From the human T2T-CHM13v2.0 reference genome, Homo sapiens: a DNA stretch of 64,000 bases. The translations under genes and the position numbers were made by a program. The stretch lies in the NCBI RefSeq assembly GCF_009914755.1, contig NC_060926.1, one strand, 5' to 3'. How positions within the stretch are numbered: the first letter of the stretch is position 1; every line of letters begins with the position of its first letter. Positions 13,841 through 37,246 of the stretch are shown here, piece after piece. The notes below the pieces were generated by a model. It had not been told where the DNA came from and ran no database searches. It was given only the letters and a program-made list of their open reading frames with translations.

Positions 13841-14895
13841 AGCTGTCATCATTTATTTATGGTGTTTCCTTCTGTAAATTTATAATTTAATTCATTGCTG
13901 GTAGATATTTAAGTTGTTGCCTGTTTTTCACTGTTACAGTGGAGTGCTACAGTGGATATTCTTGCACCTGCAATTTGTGCATTTTACTTTTTTCTCATCT
14001 TTAAACGTTTTAACTATGCAGTGCATAAACACATTCTTATATTAAATTAGATCATTACAGGTAAATTATAATCCCTAATTCCAGTTCCTCTCTAGAGGTA
14101 ACCATAATTATCAGTTTGATGTGTAACCTTTCAGGCTCTTTGAGCATTTATAAGCATGCAATCTATAAACAAAGAATTTTTCTTCCTTCCTTCCTTCACT
14201 TTTCTTTTGTTCTTTTCTCCTTTTCTCTTTTCTTGTCCTTTTTTCTTCCCAAATGCATGTTTCATTTTGCAATTTGCTTTTTTTTGTTTAAAATAATGAC
14301 TTAGAGACTGTCTATGTCATTTCACGTGGAACTCACTAGGTTCCTTTTAGATACGGCATAGAATTCTATAATATGGATGTTCCATAGTTTGTTTAGGTTT
14401 CCCTTAATTGGTAGGCATTTAGGTTAATTCTACTTTTTTACTGTTACAATAATACTGCAATGGATAGCCTTGTAAATGTTCCCTTAGGCACATGGGTGGA
14501 ATATGAGAAGTAGAATGTTGTAGGCCATGTGGCTTGTGCATTTTAAGTTTTAATAGTAGTTGCTAGTTGTCCTTCAAAATGGGCACTCTGAAGGATACTT
14601 CCCACGGTATAAAAGCTACCTATCTCCCTATGTGAATTGCTGGTTCAAAGTCTGTGAGTGTTTCAAATTTTGGCATGTTTTTCCAGACTATACTTCAGGA
14701 AGGTTACCTATTTATAGTTTGCCTGTAGTAGAAATATGAATTTAACCCATGCATTTAATATTTATCAATCTCAGGAGAGGTTTCTTGCTGTTGTTTTGGT
14801 TCATATGTATATATTTGCTTGTTAATGAGGTGGAACATCCTTTCATAGTTATCACTTGTGTTTATTGTATAAATTCTCTCTTTAGGTCATTTACC

Positions 14896-15188
14896 TTTTT
14901 TTTTTTTTTTTTTTTTTTGAGACGGAGTCTTGCACTATCGCCCAGGCTGGAGTGCAGTGGCATGATCTCGGCTCCGCCTCCCGGGTTCACACCATTCTCC
15001 TGCCTCAGCTTCCCAAGTAGCTGGGACTACAGGTGCCCGCCACCACACCCAGCTAATTTTTTGTACTTTTAGTAGAGACGGGGTTTCACCATGTTAGCCA
15101 GGATGGTCTTGATCTCCTGACCTCCTGATCCACCTGCCTCGGCCTACCAAAGTGCTGGGATTACAGGCGTGAGCCACTGCGCCCGGCC
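14896..15188 (-). mobile_element. AluY-like SINE within degraded old L1 sequence
   Basis: AluY diagnostics (gttagccaggatggtct); short TSD ttacct. Confidence 0.9.
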
Positions 15189-15752
15189 TTACCTATTTTT
15201 AAATAAATGTTTCTAATTAGGGTTGAAAGAGCTGTCTCTGTATTAAGAATGTTAATTTTGTGTTTATGTGGGAAATATTTTTCCCTAGTTTGCTGTAATA
15301 GTTTTTCAAAATAGAAGTTTTTATTTTTGTATCATCAAATAGGTCTTTTTCTTCATGGTGATCATTCTTAGCCAGGGTTGATTTCCAAGGTAGAAACATT
15401 CACGTGTATTTTCTTCCAGCATTTTTACAGTCTCAATTTTTACATTTGGACAGGCAGCCTGTAGTAGCTGGAAAAAAATACATAAATAAATTTTTAGATT
15501 TGGATCTTTAATTCATCCAGAATTTATTCTGATATAAGATGTCAAAGAAGGATCTAAATAATTATTTTTTTTCAATAATTAGCTGGTTGTCCTTGTACCG
15601 TTTATTTAGTCCATCTTTTCTCCATTCAGTTAGAAATGCAATATTTGCCACATAATAAATTTTTATGTATGCTTTTGTTCGTTTCTGGATATTTTATTCT
15701 GTTCTTCATCTATTTTGGTGCAAGTCCGTATGGTTTTAGTTAGTGTAGCTTA

Positions 15753-17368
<1,616 letters not shown>

Positions 17369-17545
17369 TATTATTTTTCTTTTAAAAAATTATCTTCGTT
17401 TTCACGTGTATTAAAGAAAATAGTCTGCTTTGACATACATCTGAATTTATTGTCACACCTCGTTTAGCATTCTTTGTGTATGCTGGATGCAGGGGAGGGG
17501 TGATACAATATTTTTTCTTTAATTCTTATGATGCTTTTATCATAG

Positions 17546-17638
17546 CCCCTCTTGGAGTCTGTGCCTTATGAAGAAGCACTGGCAAACCGCCGCATCCTTC
17601 TCAGCTCTACTGAAAGTCGAGAAGGCCTTGCACAGCAA
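17546..17638 (+). CDS. PPP1R21: PPP1R21 coding exon, 93 nt, PLLESVPYEEALANRRILLSSTESREGLAQQ
   Basis: ttatcatag| acceptor, CAA|gtatgg donor, phase 0/0. Confidence 0.95.
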
Positions 17639-18094
17639 GTATGGCACTGGGAAAATTATGGAAATTGTTAAAGAACAGAAATGTTAAATCCCCCATAGAA
17701 AGTTTTTAAGATACGTAGAATGATTCAAAAGTCTGCATAAATAAACATGTGAAATGAATTGTTTAATACATACTAAAAAGCAAATAGACATAATTTGTTG
17801 AAAAACATGTGTTGACACTCTAAGTCATCTTGATTCAGTTGGTGGTATAATTGGAACTAAAGTAATATCAACACACTTTGGCCATGATGATTAATTCTTT
17901 CTTTTTAGGTACTAGATTTAAATGTCTGAAATACCAAAGTATAAGAGGGGGCAAGAGCTAGTGACTCTGAGTTATTTTTATTTCTTAAAGGAGCAAGAAT
18001 GAAAAATGTGCAATATTTAGTGGTCAGTTGAGTTTAGGGAGTGGGTGGGAGTGGGAGGCACTGTCTTTTTCAGAAAAAAAGGAAAAAAAAAATA

Positions 18095-19220
<1,126 letters not shown>

Positions 19221-19424
19221 CAAAGGTTTACCTTAAAAATTATTAGGACCTTAGAAGCCTTCCTCATGCCCATTTCCAGTTACTGCTCTCCTCTCCCCCA
19301 AAGGTAACCATTCTCCTGCCTTCTAGCACTATAGATTAGTTTTTTTCCCTGATACTGAACTTTTTATTAAATGCAATTATGCTTTTTCAGGTCTGGCTTT
19401 TTGTGTTCAGCACAGTATATGGTA

Positions 19425-19816
<392 letters not shown>

Positions 19817-20358
19817 TGCACCAACCTATAGTTCTAATTGTTTACAAACATGTCCATTTTTGTATTCTCTGCTTTTTATATTTTAATTAAGTGGATGGTT
19901 TAAGTTGCTGTGCTTTGATAATTAGTGGCATTGCATACCTTTTAATTTGTTTATAGTCTTGTTCAAGTTTTTTGTTGGGTTTTTTTTTCTTTGCCTTCTT
20001 CTCTGTTGAGTTGTCTATCTTATTGGTTTGCAAAAATTCCTTGTATGTTCTAGTTATTGGGTCTCTGTTGGATAAATGCTTTACAGATTCTAATTCAATT
20101 CTGAGTTTTCTTTTCACTCTTGATGTTTTTCAATGAGTAGAGTTTTTTTTTTTATCTCACTATAGTTTAATTTCTCGATTTATGGTTGTGCTTTTTGTAT
20201 CATGTCTAATAAATCTCTTCCTATTCGAGGGTCAAACTTTATTATTATATTTTTACCTCTGTGGGGTAGTTTTGGTTTACATTCTGTAAGATAGTTTTTG
20301 GGCCACTAAGGTTTATCTGTATTAGTCTCTAAGATACAACACTCTGTTACTTTTCAAG

Positions 20359-20601
20359 GTTCAACAGAGTTTGGAAAAGATTTCTAAACTGGAGCAGGAA
20401 AAAGAACATTGGATGTTGGAAGCACAATTAGCCAAAATCAAGCTAGAGAAAGAAAACCAGCGAATTGCAGATAAGCTGAAGAATACAGGTAGTGCCCAGC
20501 TGGTTGGGCTGGCCCAGGAAAATGCTGCTGTGTCAAATACTGCTGGCCAGGATGAAGCCACAGCTAAGGCTGTGTTGGAGCCCATTCAGAGCACCAGTCT
20601 A
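20359..20601 (+). CDS. PPP1R21: PPP1R21 coding exon, 243 nt, VQQSLEKISKLEQEKEHWMLEAQLAKIKLEKENQR...EPIQSTSL (coiled coil)
   Basis: ttttcaag| acceptor, CTA|gtaagt donor; frame matches ORF 20371..20640. Confidence 0.96.
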
Positions 20602-20679
20602 GTAAGTGTCTTCTTGGTTGTCCTCAGTTTTCTTTTTTAAATGCTAATTGGTAAGTATCTAATGTTCAACATTAACCAT

Positions 20680-21029
20680 TGTCTTAGTTCATTCAGGCTG
20701 CTATATCAAAATACCATAAGCTGAGCATCTTGTAAATCACAGAAATTTATTTCTCCCAGTTCTTGAGGCTGGGACGTTCAGGATTAAGGTGCTGGGAGAT
20801 TCACTGTCTGGTTAGGGTCTGTTTCCTGGTTCATAGACAGCAGCATTTTCATGGTGTTCTCACATGGCAGAAGGGTCAGGTGAGCTCTCTGGGGTCTCTT
20901 TTGTAAGGGTATTAATCCTATTAGGTTATTTCCCAAAAGCCCTACCTCCTAATACCATCACCTTGGGGGTTAGAGTTTCAACGTAGGATATTGGGGGTGG
21001 GGGGGGACACAAACACGCAGGCCACAGTA
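20680..21029 (-). mobile_element. MLT1A-type MaLR solo LTR
   Basis: tgtcttagttcattcaggctgctat...agaaatttatttctc...cctaataccatcaccttgggggttag...ggacacaaac. Confidence 0.88.
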
Positions 21030-21307
21030 ACCATCTTAATTATACATCAGTTCATAACAGGAGTGATCCGTGTACTCTAGAAGAATGCTGGTTAGTAAGC
21101 AGGATATCTCCTTCAAAAAGTAACCATTAAATTCCCTGTGATTTTACATGAGACTTCCTCATGGTGAGGACTATGTTCCTGGAAAAGATATAGTAAGTTA
21201 AATTTAAGATGATTCTGTTTTTCCATAAAAACATTTGTAATATGGGGTTATTATGTTTCTAACAAAGGACCAAATGCCTAATTCTTTAATAGAAATAACC
21301 ACAGGAA

Positions 21308-23695
<2,388 letters not shown>

Positions 23696-23788
23696 CATCA
23701 GATAAACTCATTTGCTTACTGCTTGCCTTACTGAGGTGCTGGAATTGGTAACACTGGCATATATATTTCTTTATAAATTAATAATTTT

Positions 23789-23890
23789 AAAACGTGGAAT
23801 GCTTCATGAATTTTCAGGTCATTTTTGAGCAGGGACCATGCTAATTTCTGTATCGTTCCAATTTTAGTACATGTGCTGCTGAAGAAGCAC
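23789..23890 (-). pseudogene. Retroposed U6 snRNA pseudogene
   Basis: - strand GTGCTTCTTCAGCAGCACATGTACTAAAATTGGAACGATACAGAAATTAGCATGGTCCCTGCTCAAAAATGACCTGAAAATTCATGAAGCATTCCACGTTTT matches full-length U6 with a deletion in the ACAGAGA box; A-rich tail follows. Confidence 0.95.
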
Positions 23891-24456
23891 AATGCTGGTA
23901 TATTTGAGTTGTTAATGTCAGTTGCTGAAAGTTTTGGATTATCTTTTTATTTGAACATTTTCAATGGAAAACGCTATTCTTACATATGTAAGTGAAAAAA
24001 ATTTCTAGGGAGGGACACGAAAAATCTTTAGTACTGAACACTATTGGGCCATGAGTGATAATGACCTTAGTTGGGTTTGGTGACTTTAGAAGTTGCTATT
24101 TAAATCAACTAGTTAGTGTAGGGGTGGAAAGGACCTGATACCTTTTCTCTCCATCATGAGGGTCACAGCCAGCACTCCTATAACAAAAGACAGGTTAACT
24201 GCTAACAGCAGATTTCTGCCGAAAATAACCTGGAGTCTTGCCTTGCACACAGTGCACAATAGAAATAAAAAGAGATGGAGTTTTCTGCTTTCCTTGATGT
24301 TTCTACTTTCAGCCTTTCTTTTTACCCCCATGCCCTTTAAGTGACCTTAAGGGAACTAATTGTGTGGCTGTGTATGTGTGTGTGTCTTTGTGTCTTTTCT
24401 GTCTTCTTCCTCTTGGGTGTTGGGAGCAAGTATGTGCCCATTTCAGTGTTAATTGA

Positions 24457-26885
<2,429 letters not shown>

Positions 26886-27430
26886 ATCTAGTAGCATTTT
26901 AATGTGTTTAAAATTACATTTTTGTTTTCATTAATTTAAATCTGAAATTTATGCTTACTCATGTCATAATAACTATATCAAAAGTATATTCTCCTTTTGA
27001 GCTTTCAACTAGAGTGTTTATTATTTGCATTTTCTGTTTGGAATGTTTAATTATTATGGTCACCGTAAAAACGTCTTTACCCCTTCTTGGCTACTGCTTT
27101 GGGAATAGGTGTAGAAATGGCAAGTTGTGGTTAAAAGCTGATCTTCTCTTCTCTCCTAGATGATTTGTTGGGTTTCAGTGAGAATGGCTAATCAGCATTT
27201 TGATAGAAGATTTGGTGATGATCATTATTGGTTACTGCCTCATGGCAGAAATAGTAAATGCAGCTACCTATCTTCATGTCCTTGTAGTAAAAGACAGTCC
27301 AAGGATGATCTTCTAGTTCTGTACCCTCAATGCTCTGTGAACGGAGAGGAGAAAATATTAAAAGCGTTTGATCTATTGTGCTTGAAATGTACACATTCTG
27401 TTCTAAAAGATTTTTCCCCTTATGTTCTAG

Positions 27431-27463
27431 ATTGGGACTTTAACCAGGACATCTGACAGTGAG
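27431..27463 (+). CDS. PPP1R21: PPP1R21 33-nt symmetric mini-exon, IGTLTRTSDSE
   Basis: ccccttatgttctag| acceptor, GAG|gtaaca donor, phase 0/0; fills the gap between ...QSTSL and VPDVES... Confidence 0.85.
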
Positions 27464-27959
27464 GTAACATGTGCTTGTCATCATGTTGTTTGTTAGTAAA
27501 TATCTGGCAGCATGTTTGTTGACAAAGTCCTGCAAAAGCCATCTTTGTCTAATTGTTGTTGTTGTTTTTTCCTGACACTTCTAGCAAATGTGGAGCCAGT
27601 GTTTTCCACCTTCGTGTATGGATCCATGTAGCTTTTCTCTGGTTCTGTTTTGATGGTCACCAACAAATTATGGCCTGTTTTTGTAATTGCCTTATTGAGT
27701 GACTTGCCATGGAGATTTGACAAGGTGTGGCTCCTGCTTGGGCCTTCATTTGCTGGCATACTACATGAGGCTGAGAGCCGTGTTAGTCCTCGCAGTGGGC
27801 AGCCAGGAAAGCAGGGCTTAGCAAGGGCTATCTAGGGCCTTGACCAAGTACAGTGTACTTGGTAGCTGTTTCTTGCCCACAAAGCAAGTGAACCCAGGTC
27901 AGATTTGGCCTGTCAGATAGGTTTGCACTTTTGAATTTTGAAATATTCTAAGATGTAAC

Positions 27960-29024
<1,065 letters not shown>

Positions 29025-29134
29025 TCAAAGTTCAAGTGAGAATGTACAAAATGTTGTCTTTTTTTTTTTTTTTTTCTAGAAATGCTTCATCTCACTGGTA
29101 CTTGTTTATTTATGTGTATTTGTGTTCTATTTAG

Positions 29135-29251
29135 GTTCCAGATGTGGAATCTCGTGAAGACTTAATTAAAAATCACTACATGGCAAGGATAGTGGAACTT
29201 ACGTCTCAGTTGCAGCTGGCTGACAGTAAGTCAGTGCATTTTTATGCCGAG
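29135..29251 (+). CDS. PPP1R21: PPP1R21 coding exon, 117 nt, VPDVESREDLIKNHYMARIVELTSQLQLADSKSVHFYAE
   Basis: ctatttag| acceptor, GAG|gtgagt donor; frame matches ORF 29144..29416. Confidence 0.96.
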
Positions 29252-29355
29252 GTGAGTGTAGATTTAATTAGATTGGTGGTTTTTTTCCTAACCCCTGCAG
29301 GAATTAGGACACTGTCCTGTTTTCATGCTGTTCACTGTAAGAGAGAAGTCAGTGT

Positions 29356-29611
29356 CCCAAGTAGCTGGGACTATGGGTGTGTACCACCACGCCCAGCTAA
29401 TTTTTTGTATTTTTAGTAGAGACGGGGTTTCACCGTGTTAGCCAGAATGGTCTCGATCTTCTGATCTCATGATCCGCTGGCCTCGACCTCCCAAAGTGCC
29501 GGGATTACAGGTGTGAGCCACCTCGCCTGGCCCGGAGTTCATATTGACTAGTCTGTATACCAACTAAAAATCTTTATTTCAATAAATATAAGACTGATTT
29601 GAGTGAGGCTC

Positions 29612-29654
<43 letters not shown>

Positions 29655-29933
29655 AGGTGGAGTCTTGCTATGTTGCTCAGGCTACAGTGCAGTGGCACGG
29701 TCTTGGCTCAGTACAACCTCCGCCTCCTGGGTTCGAGCGATTCTCCCGCCCCAGCCTCCTGAGTAGCTGGGATTACAGGCACCCGCCATCATGCCTGGCT
29801 AATTTTTGTATTTTTGTAGAGATGGAGTTTCACCATGTTGGCCAGGCTGGTCTTGAACTCCTGACCTCAGGTGATCTGCCTGCCTCAGCCTCCCAAAGTG
29901 CTGGGATTACAGGCATGAGCTACCACCCCCAGC
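29356..29933 (-). mobile_element. Partial AluY-like (29356-29532) and AluS (29615-29933)
   Basis: Alu motifs; TSD ctctgccttt. Confidence 0.88.
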
Positions 29934-31296
29934 CACAACTCTGCCTTTAAAAAAAAAAAAAAAGTTATTGCACTATGCAGTATCATCTATAAAATTATAC
30001 ACAATTCATAGAATTAAGGGGGCAAATGAAGAGAGAAAGTAGAGATACCAAGGAGTAGGAAACAAATGGTAAGGTAGAATGGATGCTGCTCAACATAAAA
30101 GAATGCCTTCAAGATCTCTGACTTGAAACTTTATATTAAAAAGTCAGTTATGGATGGCAGATAGATGATTATAATGCTTAACGTTGTTAAATTGAAAAAG
30201 GAAAGATAAACCCTTTATTGAGACCTGACTTTTTGATTTTCTCTTATACTAGAGTTGAAGAGGTTGATAGGAGGCCAGTTGCTAAAAGTGAAGAGGGGCT
30301 TTGCATCTTTTTCCTGCTAAAATAAATTGTGTGCTTAGCTCAGTGTTGTTCACAAGCAGCCATCGAATACATGTTTGATAAGCTGATCAGTAGTGACAGC
30401 TTGTTGGAATGCAGGAAAGGGGGAGGACAGCAAACTGAATGGCTAGCAGTGGAAATGCTGAATCACTAAGCCGGCAGTCCAGCAGGCATGGATCCTCATT
30501 GTTTGGTTCTGAGTTAGTGTCTCAGACTTGATTGTCCTTTTCACAAGGACCTGTGCCTTGCATGCCTATATTCCTCTTTGTCAGGTTCATTGCTGAGCAC
30601 AGAATAGATGTTTGGTTAATAGGAGGCGGTTGACTTGGTTGGCTGAACTGCCCTAAAATTTTGTGAGAAATGAAATAAGTAGCTGAGGAATTTTTTTTAG
30701 GCTGTTTGATTTCCAAGACATTTAGTTATTTTAGTAAATATCTTCTGTGCAATTGTGATTCAAGAATTTTTAAATTGTCCTACTTTTTCCTTATTGGTAA
30801 ACAGGAAGTGGTGACCTCCCCCCTCCCACATGACTTTACTGCTCTGAGCGCCTTATGTTGACATAGCATTTGCATGTGTTTCAACAGATTCTCCTTGTCA
30901 GTAACCTTATCAGAAAGTTTAGTGAGCCTTTTAATTTCATACCCTCTTTGAACAATATTGTGAAATAGGATTTTTCTTTTATCGTTTTGATCTACACACT
31001 CTCTGGATAGAGTAGGATTGGTAGAACCCCTAAAGAAAGCAGCCTGGAATTTTTGCAATCTTGTGCTCATTTTTTCCCTTGTAAGTAGCGCATAATCTGT
31101 AGGGTAGGATGGTAAAGCTTTTATTGCTCCTATAATGTGGTCTCTAATGAAGGACTTAAAACACAAGAAAAGTACCTTAGGATCCATAGTGCGTGGTCAG
31201 AAGCTCCTGATAACTTTTGTAATAATCACTTTTCTTTTTATCTAGTATAAATATAAATGAATTCTAGATAAATCTAGAAAGTTCTTATGTAAAGAA

Positions 31297-31606
<310 letters not shown>

Positions 31607-31884
31607 TTATATATAACCACTGGTCATCAGGCTAGAGTGAAGAAAAAAACATTGATCTTAAGTTGGTAGACTTTTTTCCCCTTACTGAAATGACAAAGCT
31701 GGGGGCCACTTCTTTCTTAGGTGTACTCTGATGTGTGACACAATGCCTATAGGTATTCAACAGATTATTTGTGGAATGAATGAGTAGCTTTGGCTTTGAG
31801 AAGTGTTTTTAACAAACTTTCCCGAAGCAAATTTGGTTTTAGAAAGTGCTCCCTCTAGTAATGGAATGTTTTCTGATTTTACAG

Positions 31885-31983
31885 TGCCGAGCACTGTCTA
31901 AAAGACTGGCCTTGGCTGAAAAGTCTAAGGAAGCATTGACAGAAGAAATGAAACTTGCCAGTCAGAACATCAGCAGACTTCAG
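31885..31983 (+). CDS. PPP1R21: PPP1R21 coding exon, 99 nt, CRALSKRLALAEKSKEALTEEMKLASQNISRLQ
   Basis: ttttacag| acceptor, CAG|gtgagt donor, phase 0/0, heptad-like sequence. Confidence 0.96.
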
Positions 31984-32914
31984 GTGAGTTAAGTGTTACC
32001 TGAATGGTTTTAATGTTTTTTCATTGAAAGTTCTTTGGTAGCAAAGCAGCATTTCTTTTCCAAAGGCATTTGATCTCTAGATATGCTTTTTAAGATAACC
32101 ACTGTATTTCTGATTCATTTAAAAATAACATCTTACTTATGTTAGGCAAAAAGTAGTTGTATTGTTTCTCTGACTTGATTCTAATTGTAAATCATTTTAT
32201 AGTCGGCTTTTGCTTAAATAATACTTATTTACCCAGAATTTTTCTTTCCCCTTCCTTGTACATACCCATCATGGTGAGCTGTAGGCTTGTTCTGTACATA
32301 TTACTCTGTTCCTTTTCTTTCCTGTTGCATAAAACGGATCTAAACTGAAAGGTGGGGCTATAACATTCCTTCTTACTCACTGCCTGGTTTTAAATCTTTG
32401 TTTTCAGAAAGCCTCTGCTAATAAAAACATGATGCCAGGCAAGGAAAAAACACAGCACTACAGCAACACCCACTTCCTCTTTGCTTTAGATTCATTTATC
32501 AGATTAATTAGGCACACAGGATTAGATTTTAGGCAGCAGAAGAGAGCATGAGAAATGGGAAGAGAGATGAAGGGTGCTTCTTTCAGGGACGGTGCTGCCG
32601 GGAGGGCTGTAGGCCATCGAGGCATAGGATGGAGGCAATGTGTTGTAGGCCTCACCTATGGCTCAGCAAAACCTGAGGGAATTTGGAAAGATAATGAGGC
32701 CATATGGCTTTTCTTACAATTTTATACCTGGCATAGAAAGAAACCCTTAAATTTTTGCAAAGAAATTATGAACCTACTTTGGAGGCTGAGAAAAACTTGT
32801 TGCCATTTCTTTTAACTTTGTTCTCTTGTTAGGCCTGGGCCTTAAGCTGCATGTCAATTGATCAGATAGACCATCTTTATAGGTTGCTTTTACAAGTAAA
32901 AGAATTTTTTTAAA

Positions 32915-33125
32915 AAATTGATGTAAATAGTTGTACATGTTTGGGGGGGACATGGTATTTTGATTATTTTGATACCTTTGTACAGTGTGTAATGATCAAA
33001 TCAGGGTCATTTGGAGGTCCACCACCTCAAACATTTATCTTTGTGTTGGGAACATAATAATTCTTCTTTTGTAGCTATTTTGAAATATACAGTAAATTAT
33101 TGGGAAACTATAATTTCCTTACTCC
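32915..33125 (-). mobile_element. L1MA-type 3' end fragment
   Basis: aatagttgtacatg...tgtgtaatgatcaaatcaggg...cacctcaaacatttatc...tgttgggaacat. Confidence 0.75.
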
Positions 33126-33209
33126 ACATTTTTCTTTTGTGAATTAAAAAAGCTTCAGAGTGGTACGACTCGTGGGATGTTGATTTTTGTCTTTTTCTTT
33201 GCTATTTAG

Positions 33210-33338
33210 GATGAGCTGACAACTACCAAGAGGAGTTACGAGGATCAGTTAAGTATGATGAGTGACCACCTGTGCAGCATGAATGAGACATTATCTAAAC
33301 AGAGAGAAGAGATTGACACACTAAAGATGTCCAGTAAG
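33210..33338 (+). CDS. PPP1R21: PPP1R21 penultimate exon, 129 nt, DELTTTKRSYEDQLSMMSDHLCSMNETLSKQREEIDTLKMSSK
   Basis: Pyrimidine tract + ctatttag| acceptor, AAG|gtatgt donor. Confidence 0.96.
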
Positions 33339-33436
33339 GTATGTGAGGTGAGGTGAGGTAGTCTCTCTGCAATATAATATTTAATGTGAGGTATTTTATT
33401 GTTATGCATTTCAGGAGCAAGAGGACATAAGATTTA

Positions 33437-36225
<2,789 letters not shown>

Positions 36226-36581
36226 TTAGGCTAACATTTTTTTATTCAGCTTCTTGAAATCTTAGACTCTCTTGTCTTTGGAACAAAATGAATGTTTGTA
36301 GTTTTGATAAATCCAAGATAGTAGCTTTCTTTTCTTTCTTTATTTCCTGTCCTCAGCCCCGAGAGGGATAGGGTCTGTGGAAGCAGAGAGGAGAGAGAGT
36401 ATAACAAACTGCTTTGCGATTATTGAATAAAAGTTAACAATGCAAGGTTATCAGCTATTCTCCTTTTTGGAAGCTAGTGTTCCAAAGTGAAATATGGCTT
36501 TCAGACAGCTTGGTTTATAAACTATGTGAGTTATTTTTTTTTATGTTTATGTTCTTATTGTTGATATTTTTCTTTGCACAG

Positions 36582-36611
36582 GGGAATTCTAAAAAGAACA
36601 AGAGTCGATAG
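36582..36611 (+). CDS. PPP1R21: PPP1R21 terminal coding segment, GNSKKNKSR-stop
   Basis: tttctttgcacag| acceptor; TAG 36609-36611 closes the frame. Confidence 0.93.
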   Translation, partial: GNSKKNKSR

Positions 36612-37078
36612 TTTTGAAATAGCTGGTTGGCGACTGTTCTTTCCAGACCTGCTCCTGCTGCACAGAGCCGCAGGGCTGAGACCACGTCCATGCTGGCTGC
36701 CTTCAGGAAGCTAAAGTATTGTTGGACCTAGTAAACTAGTCAGTGTTGGAAACGGCCTTGAAATATTTAAAACATATTTGTAACCAGTGAGGCAAATACA
36801 GAAGTTGATGTCGGCAGTAAATGGAAAACAATACGTATGTCATGGATATTGTAGGTTTCCTTATGCTGTTTTTACTGTGCACTTTTTAAAATTAGGTTTT
36901 AATTTCAGTATGTAAGAACAAATATTTTGTATACTTTCAAACTCAATTATATGGTAATCGATTTGGTATCTATGGAATAGATATATGTTTCTGGAAAAAA
37001 ATGCTTAAATTGTCAAACTGTCATTACTTCTTATTATAGTTGAAGGCATTCTCCAGATTCTTTTTAAAAGATTTGTTC

Positions 37079-37083
<5 letters not shown>

Positions 37084-37123
<40 letters not shown>
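37084..37123. repeat. (TC)~20 microsatellite in the 3'UTR
   Basis: Uninterrupted TC dinucleotide run. Confidence 0.95.
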
Positions 37124-37127
<4 letters not shown>

Positions 37128-37240
37128 TTCTCTCTGAGGGAGAGGGAGCCCTCCAAACTTCAGATCCTGTGGGTTTAGTATCATTATCTTCAGCTCTTTG
37201 ATACCCTGTGTTAGAGTAATAGCTAAAGGAAGTTCATGTC

Positions 37241-37246
37241 AATAAA
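37241..37246 (+). terminator. Poly(A) signal AATAAA (ATTAAA variants at 37278 and 37308)
   Basis: Canonical hexamer ~630 nt after the stop codon, with a pyrimidine-rich downstream element. Confidence 0.75.

Noticed and set aside
23789-23890. Functional U6 gene
   Set aside because: ACAGAGA box is disrupted, many substitutions, retro-tail present, no evident upstream TATA/PSE
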